Position numbers and translations under genes: made by a program. A stretch of DNA of 58,643 bases, counting the filler, from Sphacelaria rigidula (taxonomy: Eukaryota), in the NCBI GenBank assembly GCA_964200075.2. It is 6 parts of 6 records of this genome, joined end to end, with 100 filler letters (N's around TTAATTAATTAA, not from the genome) between each part and the next. Parts side by side here need not be neighbours in the genome. Positions count along the whole stretch, not along the records: positions 19,583 to 29,273 come from CAXNAA020007957.1; positions 29,374 to 39,064 come from CAXNAA020007958.1; 4 more parts are not named here. One strand, written 5' to 3'. Numbering within the stretch: the first letter of the stretch is position 1; the number at the start of each line of letters is the position of its first letter. Shown piece after piece: positions 22,601 through 35,628 of the stretch. The notes under the pieces were generated by a model, which was not told where the DNA came from, made no database searches, and saw only the letters and a list, made by a program, of their open reading frames with translations.

Positions 22601-23618
22601 GGTGGCAACGGAACCTACAGGTGGGTAAATGCCAGCAAAAGCTAAGGGTTCATGCAACCACTTGCGTATGTTATCTTTACCCACAGCCGGGAAATCGACC
22701 CGTGACTGAGACTAGAAGCGATCGAAAAAGCACGCCTTTTGGCCGTAAAATCAAACGTGAACTAGTCCTTCGTATTGTAGTAGGTAAGCCGGGTTCGCGG
22801 GGTCATCCTAATGAAGTGGCTGGTTTGTCATCGATTCCAGCGCTTGCGACACACGCAATTGCTCCTTTTCAACCCATCACGTGTTGCTATCATACAGCGT
22901 GTTGTTCGCGGGTAAATCCGAGCCCGATCGGATCCATTTCAGTCGCATAAGGCCCCTCAAGGTTCGTGCGGAAGGGCGCAACGGCGCAGGGGATGATCAA
23001 GAAGAACAATTATGCAGCCAGCAGCCTCACTCACCTTCGCATGCGGCCGAAAACATGAGGGGCCACAACAGCGACAGGCTCGGCACTGAATCTGTTAGGA
23101 AAGGACGCAGCGGGGGCAGGTTGACAGGGCCAGTTCTCCGCGTTGCGGATGTGGCATTCAGCCTTTCTATGGCGGCATCGGCGGCACGCCGCACCGCCCC
23201 GCACCTTCTCTTAGCCGTGGGTGAGCGAGGACAGACCGTTTACGACGCAGCCAAGTGCCACTCCAGGTCTAGAATGGACAGCACCAATAGCAACGATGGC
23301 AACAAAGCTGACGGTGATATAGTGGAGTTCATAGCTCGTGGGCGCGCCAGAGCAGGCGTCCGAAATCCATCCTGGAGAGGAAAGGACGGAGGAGAGTTTT
23401 GGCTGTCGCTTCATGGATTGGTCGAGCCCGAGCTGTACATTGCTGTGGAAGACGGAAAGGCCATAGCTCAATTAGAAGAAGCAGGGGGTAGAGGAACATT
23501 GGGGGAGGTGTGTATTCCTGTACCTGAGGCTGGCGTGCGCGCAGGAACGAGGGCTGAAATTGAGCTCGATGATGGGGCCGGCATTGTGCAGCTGGAGTGG
23601 GGAACGCACGAACGCTGA
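19628..23618 (+). CDS. 3' part of a spliced gene: multiple Tudor/Agenet-like domains plus a C-terminal C2-like domain. Exons ~19628-19813, 20691-21048, 21663-22027 (or 22059), 22417 (or 22410/22443)-22620, 22898-23618
   Basis: GT-AG junctions are phase-compatible. Tudor-like units include FHAGQLTVVKH...WGVAKVLEAHPSSRYDLEL, WRPGRIIAAKSNGLFAVQYD, EGDVVLARGK and LKVGEVVIAKR...WFAGKIVSSGGNGTYSVLF. The C2-like region is NPSW...EFWL...LYIAVED...LGEVCIPV...GIVQLEW*. Confidence 0.7.
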
Positions 23619-25819
23619 CTTTGCTTTCTTGTATTCTTCATGTACAAATGGTTTAGTCCGCCTCGGTAGTGTAGTGCCTGGAAACAAGCAAAATTGTGAA
23701 ATAGTGGATGTTCGCTCTCTCTTAAATCCGGCAACGTTTCGATGGGGGGCGAAAAATACTCAGCCTTTGTATGTACCCGGCTTCTCCATGTGCCCACCTT
23801 CTCAGCGAAGAGCACTTATCGTATATTTGATGCATCACTGTACGTGAAACAACGCTCGGGGGAGTGGTCAAACGCCCGAAAAGGAAGTACTGAAGGTGGC
23901 CCGGTGAAAATGTTCGCGAGGACAGTGTTGCTGTAGAGCGTTCCGTGCGTGTGATGAGGCACATTCCATATTTAGCGCTGGTGGGTGTGGCGCCGGCAAG
24001 TACCTCATGTCGAGGTTCTTCCCACCCTTGTCGCATTACGAATAAGATTTTGCCTACGAGGGATATGAGCTTCGCTGCTGGAAATTGCGAAGTATGGAAA
24101 GAGACTGAGAGAGGGTTACATTGTAATGCATGTTTTACTGTCAGTGTACTAGTTATGGTTAGTGGCAATGCTCCCACGAGCACCCTTTGCAGTTAGTTCT
24201 TCGTGGTTTGTTTGGGCAAGAGTAGAGCGAACATTCTGCCGTATTCCCCTCTACCCTGTAAATGATGACGATGGACTGCCCACCAAAGACTGGGGATTGA
24301 GCACAACATAGACCTAGGGACACAATCGTTGTGCGCGTTGCGAGTTGATACAAAATATTTCTGTCCAATGCTCTAAGGTCCAGCATGGTGTGTATTAAAG
24401 ATATTTTACTGCACTATTCGACTGTCTGTAGCTTAAGGCACAGAGTGGTGGTAGTAAACAAGTCGTGGGATAAAGACAGTACAAAAATAGAATATACAAT
24501 AGAGGTAACGACGCGCTCGCTGGGCTACCCTACCACTTCTTGGGGCGCGGCGTGGACCGTGCCTCAAACGGGTACGTGAAAAAGGAAGAAGGGAAAACTC
24601 CACGAAAACAAAATGCGATGTTTCGGAAAAAGTGAATGTATGCACTAATATATACAGAGTACAAGAATACATACTATACTGTAACAAGATTATTTTCCCA
24701 ACTATTGCGAGAAATTCTCCTCAGACGGTACTGCCAACCTGAACCACTGACTGATGGTGTGCGGAGAAAATTTAAGTACAAGGCAGACGACGTGAGGAAA
24801 AGGTGGGTAAAAACGTCCATGTAAAACCGACCAGGTAGTACTTGCGGGTCGCCTGGCAATATTGTCGCAGTGGCTTTGCACGGTAACTGAAGAATTATTT
24901 TCTTGAATATAATGTGGTTGAACGGACTCGTGTAGCGCTAGGTTGTAGGGCAGACTTTGCATAACTAATGGCACATGTTTATCCTGTAGAAAGCTTCTGT
25001 TTCATGGTGAATGTCCACCTCAACGTATTGCTCACACCGTACTGCTGTTTCGAACCTATTTCGTCAAGAAACCGCAACTTGGAGGTTGTGTCTTCGTTCC
25101 GTTCGCACATTTACATAAGGATGGAAGTGCTTGGGTACAGGAAATCAGAGGTAACTACTGCGTGAGCCCTTTTATCTGGAACACCGGATGCAAAGAGTGT
25201 GTGTTGTGTTGTGTTGTCATTCTATCTATTCTAGACGCCAGTCTACACCTTTCGGCATATGTGGGCGCATCAGTCGGGGTCACACAGGAGGAAGGCCAAC
25301 ACAGAATATTTTTATTTTTCAAGGGTATACCATCAAAACGAAACCTGGTTGTATACCAAACTCTTCGATCGGATGTGCGATAAGTGCTGTAGTGCAAAAT
25401 AGTGGCTGAACAATTGTGTATTGTTGGTGAAAAATGAACATCACCATGACTATAGATTCACTTGAACAAGCTCCGGTACCTTGTAGTTGCAGCTAAAACC
25501 CTAAACGGTTTTGTGTGTGCGGTATTACATATTCGCGGAAACTGGTGGAGTCCGTTGGGTACGTGCGCAACGCACACAAGGGTATACGGATGACCTTCTG
25601 TTTCCTTCTCAAGGTTGTCGAGCTTTTGATGAATCTAAGCCCCCAAAATTCATGAATCAAGAAGATGACAATCGATTTCATTACACCAAAACTCCGCGGA
25701 AATCACCGTAACAACCCGTTTCACTTTTTCAGGTCTAGTTGCGGGTGTCTGATGCCGCGATAGTCTCCCCATGAAAAGTGGCTGGTCTAGAGAGGCAAAA
25801 GCATGTACATGGAGATTAA

Positions 25820-25990
25820 AAAAAGCCGACCACATCGAGCAGCTGGGGGTTCCCATGCTCGGGGTCGTTTTCATCGATGCCGTTCACATGGAGCGCTTCA
25901 TGCGGCCTGAAGCCAGCTGTCATGCGCTGCGTGGCCATTTTCTTCGTGACACTTTCGGGGTTGGTCTCGGAGGGGGGGGGGAGAGGTATC
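25820..25990. repeat. Interspersed repeat, homologous to ~58420-58570
   Basis: Both carry GTCGTTTTC(A/G)TC-like, TCATGCGC and TTCTTCGTGACA blocks followed by a G-run. Confidence 0.65.
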
Positions 25991-26232
25991 GCGGCGTCAC
26001 TCAGGTCTAGATGCGCGTTGTCGCCTTGAAGCAAGTGAAGTCCATCCGTGCGTTGATGACACAGTCATTTTCACGACCTCCACTTGATTCAACACTTCCA
26101 AGAAATCATTTGTATTGAGTCAACAATGCCTTCTCAGTCATTTGAGCTACCATGCGACACTTTGACAACCCGTTTCCCCCCTCCGTAACCTGTCTCTATG
26201 ACCAACGGGAATGGATCCATGTAACTACACGA

Positions 26233-26511
26233 CCTTGCATTATCGTACGGCCTATATCAGGGATATCCACCTGGGATATAGAAACCATTCGGAATATCCC
26301 TTTGGGGTATCGATACCGATCTAGGTTATGCCTGCGGGATATCCATACCCCAGGGGGATATCCATGTCCCAGATGGATACCCAGATGGAAATTCACATTC
26401 CAGATAAGACGTCCATATCCCAGATGGATATCTCCGCTGGATCTGATCTCCCAGACGAATATCCAAGATGGACGTCCTTATCCCACATGGAGGTTGTACG
26501 ATGCTGCAAGG
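26233..26511. mobile_element. MITE with internal GGATATCC / CCCAGATGGA repeats
   Basis: The TIR is CCTTGCATTATCGTACGGCCT / AGGTTGTACGATGCTGCAAGG. The interior is built from short repeated GATATCC motifs. Confidence 0.65.
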
Positions 26512-27639
26512 CTCCCTGTCATCATCCGATATAAGTGAAACCAACACCAAGAGAACCTCGCAATGGGGAAATCAAATCATTTCTAGACGCGCCCGCGGGG
26601 GTCTGTTTCGAGAATCTCCCCTTTGACAATCCCGCCTGTTTTTGCAGGATGGGCGCTAACAATAATTTCTGTAGAGGTTATGATCCAATCTGCACAAAAA
26701 ATCTGTGCAAAATACGGTTGAATCTAGTTTTCTCAGTGGGATTGCAACAGGCCAAATTACATGGGTGAGCAGTCGGGACTGTTAGGCAACGTTTTCTTGC
26801 CTACATGTTCGAATACAAAAGTGGGCCGAGGTCGCCCCCCCTGTCTCAATTCTCAACAGTTCGAGCGTACTACGTTTGGACACAAAATATTCAGAAAGGG
26901 AAAACGCTCACCTCTGCGGCTTCATGCACCTTACTTACTTGTGTGTATCAAATTGCTGTGCTCACCCTGCTCAGTTGGCTGTGAGGGATGGGGGGAAAAC
27001 CCCGCAAAGCTCAGACACAGTATCAAGACACCATCGAACCAAGCCCGCACGTGCCGCCTGTTGGAATTCGAGATATGGTTGCCAGTCCGGGGGTACCCTT
27101 AGGGGAGGTCGTTCAGCGATAGAAGGGCAGAGCGGGGCGAGAGGGTTACAGCATCATCCCTGCCGCGCCTTTGTCGTCTACCGAAGTGTCAAAGTTAGGG
27201 TCGTGGTTGTCCCGTGGAAGAAGTTTACACAAGGTCACGTCGATTTGTGAAGTCGGACGGACGGATGTAATGTTGCCTCAGACAACATGTTGTGCGTTTT
27301 TCTTTGTCTATATCGGGCAACGGCGGAAACGCCTCTTGCCCCACCACTGCGTAGAACAAATGGCGATTTGGACCTCCCATTGTCTGTCGTTGAACAACTT
27401 GCCGGCGGGGATTTTTTTGTGGGGTGGGGGGGGGTACTCACGAGTCGTCTCTCCACGTCTCAACGGACCCTCCGAAACCCGAAGGCATCATCAGTTGCAA
27501 CTATACAGTTATCACACCAGCTATCTTTCGTCTCTAATACCTTCCCTGCAGTCAGGTGCCATTTCGCTCTATTACGGAGGCACATTGTTAATAGGTCCTC
27601 GGCCATATTTTCGTCAAAATAGATTCAAATCCAACAAAC

Positions 27640-28620
27640 TATGGCGCAAACGAACCGCACGGGAAAATGCAGTTCGCCCCCGGGAAACAAAAGAAAGAAA
27701 AAAAAACCGTTGAGTTATGGCAGATTTTTCGCTTTTTTTTTGTCACCCTGAATTCGGCGCTGGGGTGACAAAAGTTTGGAAAATTGATCACAACTCGCTT
27801 AATATTTGATGGTTCCCCACAAACGATGGCTCTAATGAACCGCACAGACGATGGAAACACGAATCAAAATACTTTGGGACCAGAAACAGCTTTCGGGTTA
27901 GGTTTGGCCGTATTTGTCGAAACTGTCCCGGTCCTCCTCAACTCGGCGCTGGAGCGGAAAATTTGATACAAATTGGCCGTAATTCACCCAATATTCGATG
28001 GCTTCTCACAAATGATGGTTCTAGCGAACCGCACGGACAATGCAAACACGTAACAAAACGCTGTGCCGCCGAAAATAATTTTCCTGCCGAGTTTGGCAGT
28101 ACTTTTCAGCACTGTCATGGTGCTCCTTAACTCGGAGCTGGGGCTGCAAAGTTTGGGAAATTGGCCGTAACTTGCTCAATATTGGATGGTTTCCCACAAA
28201 CGACGGTTGTAATGAACCGCACGGGCGATGGGAACACGTACCAACACATTTTGGTGCCGAAAACCTTTTTCCCGTAGAGTGTGGCCGTAATTCTCTCACA
28301 ATTCGATGGTTTGTCGCAAACGATGGCTCTAATGAATTGCACGAATGATGGAAACATGTATCCCAGCACCTTGGTGCCAAAAACGCCCTCCCTGTAAAGT
28401 ATGGGCGCGTTTTTCAGCACTGTCCCCGTTTCTCTCAATTTGGCGCTGGGGCGATAAAGTTTGAAAAATTGACCATAATTCGCTCAAAATGTGATGGTTT
28501 CTCACAAACCACGGCTAAAACGAACTGCACGGACGATGCGATCACGCACAAGTGCACTTCGCCGGCGAAAATGTTTTTCTGTCGAGGTTGGCCATATTCT
28601 CCAGCATTGTCCCCGTTTTC
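27640..28620. repeat. Diverged ~189-bp tandem array, about five units
   Basis: Unit heads of the type AA(T/C)T(C/T)GG.GCTGG lie at 27751, 27940, 28129 and 28437, with one shortened unit between the last two. Units share CAAA.GATGG.TCTA..GAA..GCAC-like blocks. Confidence 0.8.
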
Positions 28621-28779
28621 CATTATACGACATCAGGGCAGAATTTTACGGCTTTGGGGCAGAAAGGTTGATATGCCATCAACGACGCCGAAAACAACCG
28701 GGTGACCGATGCGGTCTCTCCACAAAAAACCAAGCGCGAAATATAGAAGAGATGCTGCTGTTCACTGCAGTCTTTTATT

Positions 28780-29160
28780 TTACGAGGTTCAATGCTATTC
28801 AATGTCAACCCGTCCAGGTGCCAAACCACGACAAAGCTTGGATGGACTTGGAGGATTGGAGACAGAAGCCGCCCAGAAGAGAAGAGAAAGCAGATTCTTT
28901 GTAAAATGACCGCATGGCTGTGGCGTTGCAAATCTTCGGCAGCTATAGAGCTAAATTCTCGTTTCGAGGACCCTGAGATACGTCCACATCAGTTCAATAC
29001 CGTCCTCCGACCCCTCCCCCACGTTCATGTACCCTACAAACTCCGCAGACAAATCAAGTTCCTCCTGAAGCTCCACGCCATCATCCTCCACTATATATAT
29101 ACAGCTGCACAGGCCCAACCTCGGGCGCATCTCAGCCGTTTTTTCGAAATTCAAAACTCC
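28780..29160 (-). pseudogene. hAT transposase C-terminal dimerization-domain remnant
   Basis: Frameshifted pieces read EFVGYM...DGIELMW / KREFSSIAAEDL / ESAFSS / SGRLLSP...HPSFV. These match the hAT pattern W...FP.L...A.D.L...SESAFS.GGR.L...L.P..VE. Confidence 0.6.
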
Positions 29161-29393
29161 GCCTGGTGGGTACTCAGCCCTCAGCTCGCTCGTGGAATCG
29201 GTTGTTCATGTGAACAGGTACACTGAGTGAACATGCACACGTACGGATATAATTATGCGGATGTGCGGGTACTNNNNNNNNNNNNNNNNNNNNNNNNNNN
29301 NNNNNNNNNNNNNNNNNTTAATTAATTAANNNNNNNNNNNNNNNNNNNNNNNNNNNNNNNNNNNNNNNNNNNNGCTTACAATGCGACTTGAAA

Positions 29394-29899
29394 ATAACCT
29401 CAGCAACGTGCAGCTTTGTACTGCCTGCATCGTCCGTGAGCGTGCACGCAACTCGTTTGCCCACCGTACCGCACGCAGCTCCGTCCCTGATGACTACCAT
29501 TAAAAAAGATGCGCAAGTTTTCGCCAACAAAAAGTGAACAAAGTGCCACCCAACTACATTCGTGTATCTATCCCTGTGCTCAACCCGTGCTCTATGCTGC
29601 AGGGTTGCGGTGGTAGCTGAGAATGAGTTGGATGGAGTTTGCATGGTACTGTAACGGGTGTTATTTGGCATGGTGGTCTGTAAGATAAGAGTCAAGTGCC
29701 GCTTAGTGCCTTTCCATTGCATGTTTTCGATTTTTAAAAAATTGTTTTTTTCACTCGTTGCATTCTTCTCCGCGCGCCGCTAATTTTAATTTTGAGTTGA
29801 AGCCTTCGAGGAATATAAATGCGGTGGATCTATCGGATAGGCGAAAACTTTTTCGATCGCACTTTTTTCGATCGAAAGAAAAAGTGCGAAGACACGCCC
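29394..29899 (+). mobile_element. Interspersed repeat ending in a Harbinger-like terminus
   Basis: It is homologous to ~12838-13080 and, in reverse, to ~53500-53940. It ends TTTTCGATCGAAAG...AAGACACGCCC followed by TAA, like the TIR/TSD of 35629-35816. Confidence 0.6.
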
Positions 29900-30726
29900 T
29901 AAGACACGTCCTCACTTTTCGATGGGAAAAAAAATCAAAACTTCGAATACCCAACCTGTCATCTTGTCCTCATGCTATTAGAGAAGGTACTCCTGGTAAA
30001 GGGATACTGTCACAACGCCACAACAAGGACGGGAATAAGGCGCATAAAGCGCGCCTGATTTGCGCTAAAAAAAGCCTCACGTGGGGGTAAAACAATATTC
30101 AATAGCTCATAAAATAAAAACCAAGAGCCTCACTTCAAGAAACTAATGCGCATGCGATACTAAACACTACACGGGGATAGATTTTTTTATGGAATGAAAA
30201 GTTCGACGAATTAGAGATCCTCCGAGTACGGAATCGGCGGAATCTAGCGCCAATAAAATGCGACCCTTGTAGTAAACTATGTGGTGAAAAATGTTTTGTG
30301 ATGAGCTCGCAGACTTCAGTCACACCTGCAGTGAAAGTACTTCTGTCATGGAATGTACAGTGAATGTACAGTCGCGCCGGGACAGAAAGAGCAGCAGCAG
30401 AAAAATGAAGCAGCAAGCAGACAACCAGACAGCGGTTGGTACATTGCCGCCGCAGGAGGTCAATACGACGCTCGTGTATATCGGCATATCCTCATCTTAG
30501 TATGGCTGGTTGCGCCTTTCCGTGGCCGCGAGCTCTGACGCCTGCCAGCAGCAGCGGCCGCCATGTCGCCGGGTGCAATCAGTAACCCGACGGTGCAGAA
30601 TACCCGCCCTGTGCTGTGGGTTGCTCCTTTCAGCGGAGCACGGGGTCTGGCCTAGTGGGTCGGGCGGTGTATACGGGCGCTGGTTGCGTGTCTTTACCCA
30701 GCCATGTCTTGTATCGCGCAAGTGAT

Positions 30727-30899
30727 CGTTTTTTTAGTTTTAATGTGGGTCTATCTTGTTTTTTTGTTTTTTTGCTAGCCTGTGACCACGGAAGGCGTCC
30801 GCACCAGATGCCCAGCACGAATGTACCGCGCAGATATCGGAACGGTTTTTAATGTGAAGACGGCGACGACGACGACGACAACAACAACAACAACAACAA
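30727..30899 (+). mobile_element. 5'-truncated retroposon, (CAA)n-tail family; other copies at ~36395-36505 and ~56628-56742
   Basis: It reads GCCTGTGACCACGGAAGGCGTCCGCA...GATATCGGAACG...AATGTGAAGAC then (GAC/CAA)n. The TSD is CAAGTGAT at 30719-30726 and 30900-30907. Confidence 0.8.
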
Positions 30900-30902
30900 C
30901 AA

Positions 30903-32330
30903 GTGATGGGTCTGGGGCAGCGCCTTGTTTTTTTGCGGAGGACGAAACAATCAACACACCATGAAATTTTCCAAGTTTTCAACAGTCAGTGTGTGAACAG
31001 CATTGTGTGCCCACCACCGACGCGAACACAACGACATCACAGCAGCTCAGGCTATCCCAGCGGAGACGAAACCGTCTTGCGCAAGGTCTGAACACACCAC
31101 GGAACAGTGATGGCTACAGCACATGAGAAAGGACGTGAGTGTGTTTGTGCTGGATGGAGTACCGTGAAGCTGGAGATATGCCGTGTTTTTGTTTTTCGCC
31201 TGATTCTAAGCGGGTCCTCAATTTTTGCCGCTTCGTGAAAGTGATTTCATTCACTACAAAACCATCCCCATGTACGGGTCCAGTGTCGGAAAATCATGCA
31301 AAATCGCCTCTCGTAGTTTCAATATCGGTTAAATGGCAAAAAAAGCGGGTGTACTGTACGATCAATGCCCGCGTCTACACACGACGCGGTTCCGTATTGG
31401 CTACTATTAATAGTGCAGTGCATGTTGCCGCCGAGTGTTGTGAATGAAACCGAACAAGTTCTTGCTTTGTCAGGCACTGGGCCCACAGATAGGGGCAAGA
31501 TTTATGAGTTGCAAAGTTTCTCGATCAATCAGAGTATTTAAATACACCAAAATGCGGCGACCTTTCTTCACTCAGATGAGAGATATGAGTAGCAGGTGAG
31601 TCAAAAAGCAGCTCTGATTGGTCCACACATTGCGCCGCTGCGACACAGACAGCTGCTGCCGACAATAAACGAGGATACAGCAGCTCCGTGCTGGCTCAGT
31701 TTGTTCGTCCCAACCTGCACGCACTCGCCTGGCGTGTCTTCCCCGATCACAACACCCGTTTATACATGAAGTTTAAGAGAAGACTCAACAGACAGCTGCA
31801 CAGCCGTCACGTGACGTTTATTCGACATTTCTTTGTTCCGACAGCACCTTGATCCCACCCCAATTTTGTGCAGCCCGAAACACGGCATGCAGCAGTAGGC
31901 ACTCTCCAGTGCACATCGCACCGTGATCGTCGTAGAGTGTTGAGATGCCCAACAGCACAGCGAGAACTACAGCATAGAAATGATAGGTTTGGGGAGCGCC
32001 TCATTCCTGTGACTCGAGACGAAATAGCCAACACACCATGAACGTTTCAGCGGTGTGTAGAGAGCACTGCGTGCCGACAACATCATTTTTCATAGAGACA
32101 AACGGAATTACAGTATCAGGCAACTCAGGCACTCCCAGCGGAGGTCAAACCTTCTCCACAAAGGCCTGAAGACGCCACAGCGCAGCGACATCTACAACAC
32201 ACAAGACAGAGCATGAGTGAGTGTGTTTGTGCTGCAGCACAGTGGTACAGGACATGTCCCATTCGATACTTATTTCCCTGATTTCAGGTAGGTGCTCGAT
32301 TTTTGCCCAGTCGCGATTTTCAAACGCTCG
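30903..32330 (+). repeat. Two diverged copies (~30903-31230, ~31900-32320) of a repeat also present at ~14450-14570
   Basis: Shared blocks include AACTACAGCATAGAAATGAT, CAACACACCATGAA, CCCAGCGGAG and GAGTGTGTTTGTGCTG. Confidence 0.6.
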
Positions 32331-33908
32331 GCCATAATCGCGCTTCGCGCGAAAATATTTTAATTCACTTTGAGTTATCCCTGTCTGGGAAGTGAGCCCT
32401 TTGTCATGCCGATGGTGGCTCTGAGGGATTCCGAGTTCGGGTATTGTGCTTGGGGCACATCACATCCCACGGCTGCCGCTGTATCGTAGAGTCATTACGC
32501 AGTATGTTGGTTTCTTGTGTCGTAAAAAGTTTCACAATTCGCTTTTTCGATGAAAAAGCTACTTCTTCAGGTTTTCTCGCTCTCACGACTCAACACGGTT
32601 CCTGCTTGATCCCAAACTCTGGGAATCCAAAAACATTTTTTTCTGATAAAAATATCGGGATCGAAATATTTTTCATGGCCAATTTTGAGCAAGTTACGTG
32701 CTCACCGGTCAACGGGTGTCCCACGAGTGTACGGCCCCCAGCTTTCCTTTTTTTTATTCTTTCGCTGGAACGAACCGATCCAGATCGTTATAAATGAGGA
32801 ATTGAATGCTTCATTCATACTTCATTCATCGCGCTGCAGCCGAAAAAACGTGTTTATTTATCAGACACGTTCAACAACACCCCCTCGATAGAACAAGGGG
32901 GTGTTTTACTCCGTGTTGTGCCGACAACATAAATTTGGGAAATGTGTCCTGAGCATGGCCTGCTCCCTTTTCCAACGTCTGTCTACCATCAAACGTTTAC
33001 GTGAGGGAGACAAATCGTCTGCGAAACAAACCCGATGAAGTGAAAACGAAGTTTGGATTTGTGCCTGGTATACTGCTGTTTGGATTCGCGGCGCCCATCG
33101 TACAGTAGGTACAGGTCGCGTTAATATATACCAGTATTCGCTCAACCCTTTGACCGCGAGGGTAGGTCACCTCGTGAATCGGCATCAATTTCACTGGGAA
33201 AAGTATGCGTAATCCAGATGGACAACCCGGATCGCGGTCTAAGGGTCAAGAAAGATGAATAGACAGCCCCTCCCACGCAGCAACTGTTCCCTCAGTAACT
33301 GTATGAGCTTGAGAGAGGGAAACAAAAACAGCCCGCACTGTCTGTACAAATACACTGCTGTTGCCTTCGTGGCTGGCATATCTCCACCCGCACGATCGAC
33401 CCATCAACGAGCCTCTCACGAACACCACAGGCATCTAAGCATCACACGTATCATTTCATTTGTCCCACGGTTATCTTGTGTGGCCAGTAGAGTCATGTCG
33501 GAGCACACATCGTTCCGACCATCAAGATGTTGAGGATGTTGAGTGTGGTTTGGCAGCAAAGGGATGGCGGGCATCCGGGTTGTCGTTCGAATGATACTTT
33601 TTCAAATTATGTTCGCCCCGCCAAACCTTCATTGCATCGATCGCTACCAGCGACTTCATAGGCTCAGGGTGCCCAATGATGGTGGTGACGATGTTGGACT
33701 TCCATAATCCGTCTCTAACGGCTTCACTGCACACACAGGTGTCATTTCGCTTGTCATAATCTAAAAAGCCAACGTTTCGTCTTCACTTGATTTTAGTGTA
33801 TGTATGCATTTTTCTGGGACCCCCCCCCCCCAGCAGGCACTTTCACTTGCACTTCGCTGGACAATGAGAGGCGTTCTGTTCCTGCTTGGGTTCGGAGTAC
33901 ATGTCACA

Positions 33909-34187
33909 CGTCGGACAGGTCATGATCTGTCTGAAGTCGGACAGATCATGATCTATATGAAACAACTAATCAAAGAGGAGTCTCGAAGAATTCGTTGGTA
34001 CAGAAACAAAAAATATGTCACCGCAGTCAGAACAAGCCAAAGCGCAACATCTGCGCCACTCGGTGCGCTCGGCGTCCAGCGCGGCAAGGAGCAAACATGG
34101 AAAAGCAGGGTCAGATAATCCGGATCATGATCCGGATTAGTGTACTGAGAATAATTAATTTTCAGACGGATCATGATCTGTCCGACG
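33909..34187. mobile_element. MITE with GATCATGATC motifs
   Basis: CGTCGGACAGGTCATGATCTGTCTGAA is mirrored by TTCAGACGGATCATGATCTGTCCGACG. Confidence 0.7.
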
Positions 34188-34558
34188 CTGTCTGCGTTGC
34201 GTTCTGCATGGCGTTTGACGTTGCGATGCACCCCTTTACGATGCGTTTATTCTCTTCACGTCTCGGTGGACGCTTCGACTGAGGGAGGTTTCCGCCATCC
34301 ATCTCTTCTCGACCGCTCCTCCTTGTGGAATCAGCGTCGTTTTTTCACTTGAAAGTTGAATCGGCATCGTGTTCAGTTTTGAAAGACCTCGCTTCTCTCC
34401 AACGGTGAAACGCTCACACACGCCATTGCTCTTCATCGGACACAGTCAGTGCACCTCTCGGGCGGGGTGTGCACACTTGTCGAGCGCGGTTTGATCTTGC
34501 ACGCAAGTTGCATCGTTTTAGCTGCCCCTCTTTTTTATTGGCCTCCTCACGTATACAA

Positions 34559-35073
34559 TCGCCGCGCTCCGGTGGTGTAGTGAACCGACTGTCGCCATTA
34601 GGGTGAAAAGAACGCGTTGTTTTTGTCGTCATCGCTGCCCCCTTTCTTTCCTTTCTGAGGCCGTTGCTTCTGTCTTTTTCTGTTCCTTTCTTTCTTTTTT
34701 CTTTTTACTATCATGTTCTATCTTTGCTGCTCCTGACAACGGGCTGGATTGTTGTAATCAGCTAATGTGAGATAGTCAATCAATCAATCAATCAATCAAT
34801 CAACAAGGGTTCGATTCCCCATGCGTTTTTTTTTTCTTTGTAGTATCTGATTTTTACCGTGGAAAGCGTGAGAACGTGAGTAAACAAAGTTGTTGTTTAA
34901 GTCTGTTTACGTGAGTTGACGCGGTGCGGGAGTGCTGATGGTCATCATCCAATCCGCGAGACCAAAATGCAAGGCGTGTACCGGGGAGAGACGGGTCGAT
35001 CTCTTGAGACCACGGACTCGTACCGAGAAAGAGGAGGGGTTCAAAGTCCGACAAATAAAAATAAAAATAAAAA
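34559..35073 (+). mobile_element. tRNA-headed SINE, copy 2, split by a nested (AATC)n retroposon tail (34617-34801)
   Basis: The order is A-box GGTGGTGTAGTG, CCATTAGGG, the insert, B-box GGGTTCGATTCCC (34807-34819), a tail with GAGACCACGGACTCGTACC, and (A)n-rich repeats. Confidence 0.65.
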
Positions 35074-35208
35074 GCAGGACTGCTGTTGCAACTGCTGCTG
35101 CTGCTGCTACTCTACCGTCGTGTGTTTGTTGTAATCAATTGTGGCTATATGCAACCGTTGTCGCCCTGGTTTTCCTTCTTGGGTTCCATCATGTCAAGGG
35201 GTGCTGAC

Positions 35209-35210
<2 letters not shown>

Positions 35211-35247
<37 letters not shown>
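35211..35247. repeat. (TG)n microsatellite; also (AT)n at ~35877-35903 and (TG)n(CG)n at ~37162-37191
   Basis: Directly visible in the sequence. Confidence 0.95.
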
Positions 35248-35249
<2 letters not shown>

Positions 35250-35628
35250 TGTGCGCGCGGATCTTCCACGAAACATCGTTTCTCATTGAATTCTGAACAA
35301 ATTTGTTCAAGGTCACGCGCAACGTGCTCGGCTGATGAGCAGGTACGGCTCGAGCTGTGTGTTTCTGATCTGTCGGGGTACCAAATTCCTCAGGTTCACG
35401 TCTGATTGTGTTGGGTTGTGTGTCAAGCCTTTGCATCATACGTTCCCGTTCACGTGACGTCTGTGTTCCTGTTCAAGCTAAAAATTAGGCAGTGATATTC
35501 ATATGTGGAATCATCGGCATCATTTTTACTTGAAAACTGAATCGGAACATCTACGTTCCTCTTCGGGCTGAAAAACGAGGCAATAATATTAATTTGTGGA
35601 ATGGGCATCATTTTCACTTGAAAACTAA

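Noticed and set aside
30353..30725. Possible first exons of the kinesin gene
   Set aside because: The region is GC-rich but has no motif support and lies next to repeat-derived sequence.
35330..35365. Hammerhead ribozyme core (CTGATGAG)
   Set aside because: There is no GAAA after a stem II. The other CTGATGA sites I checked also fail.
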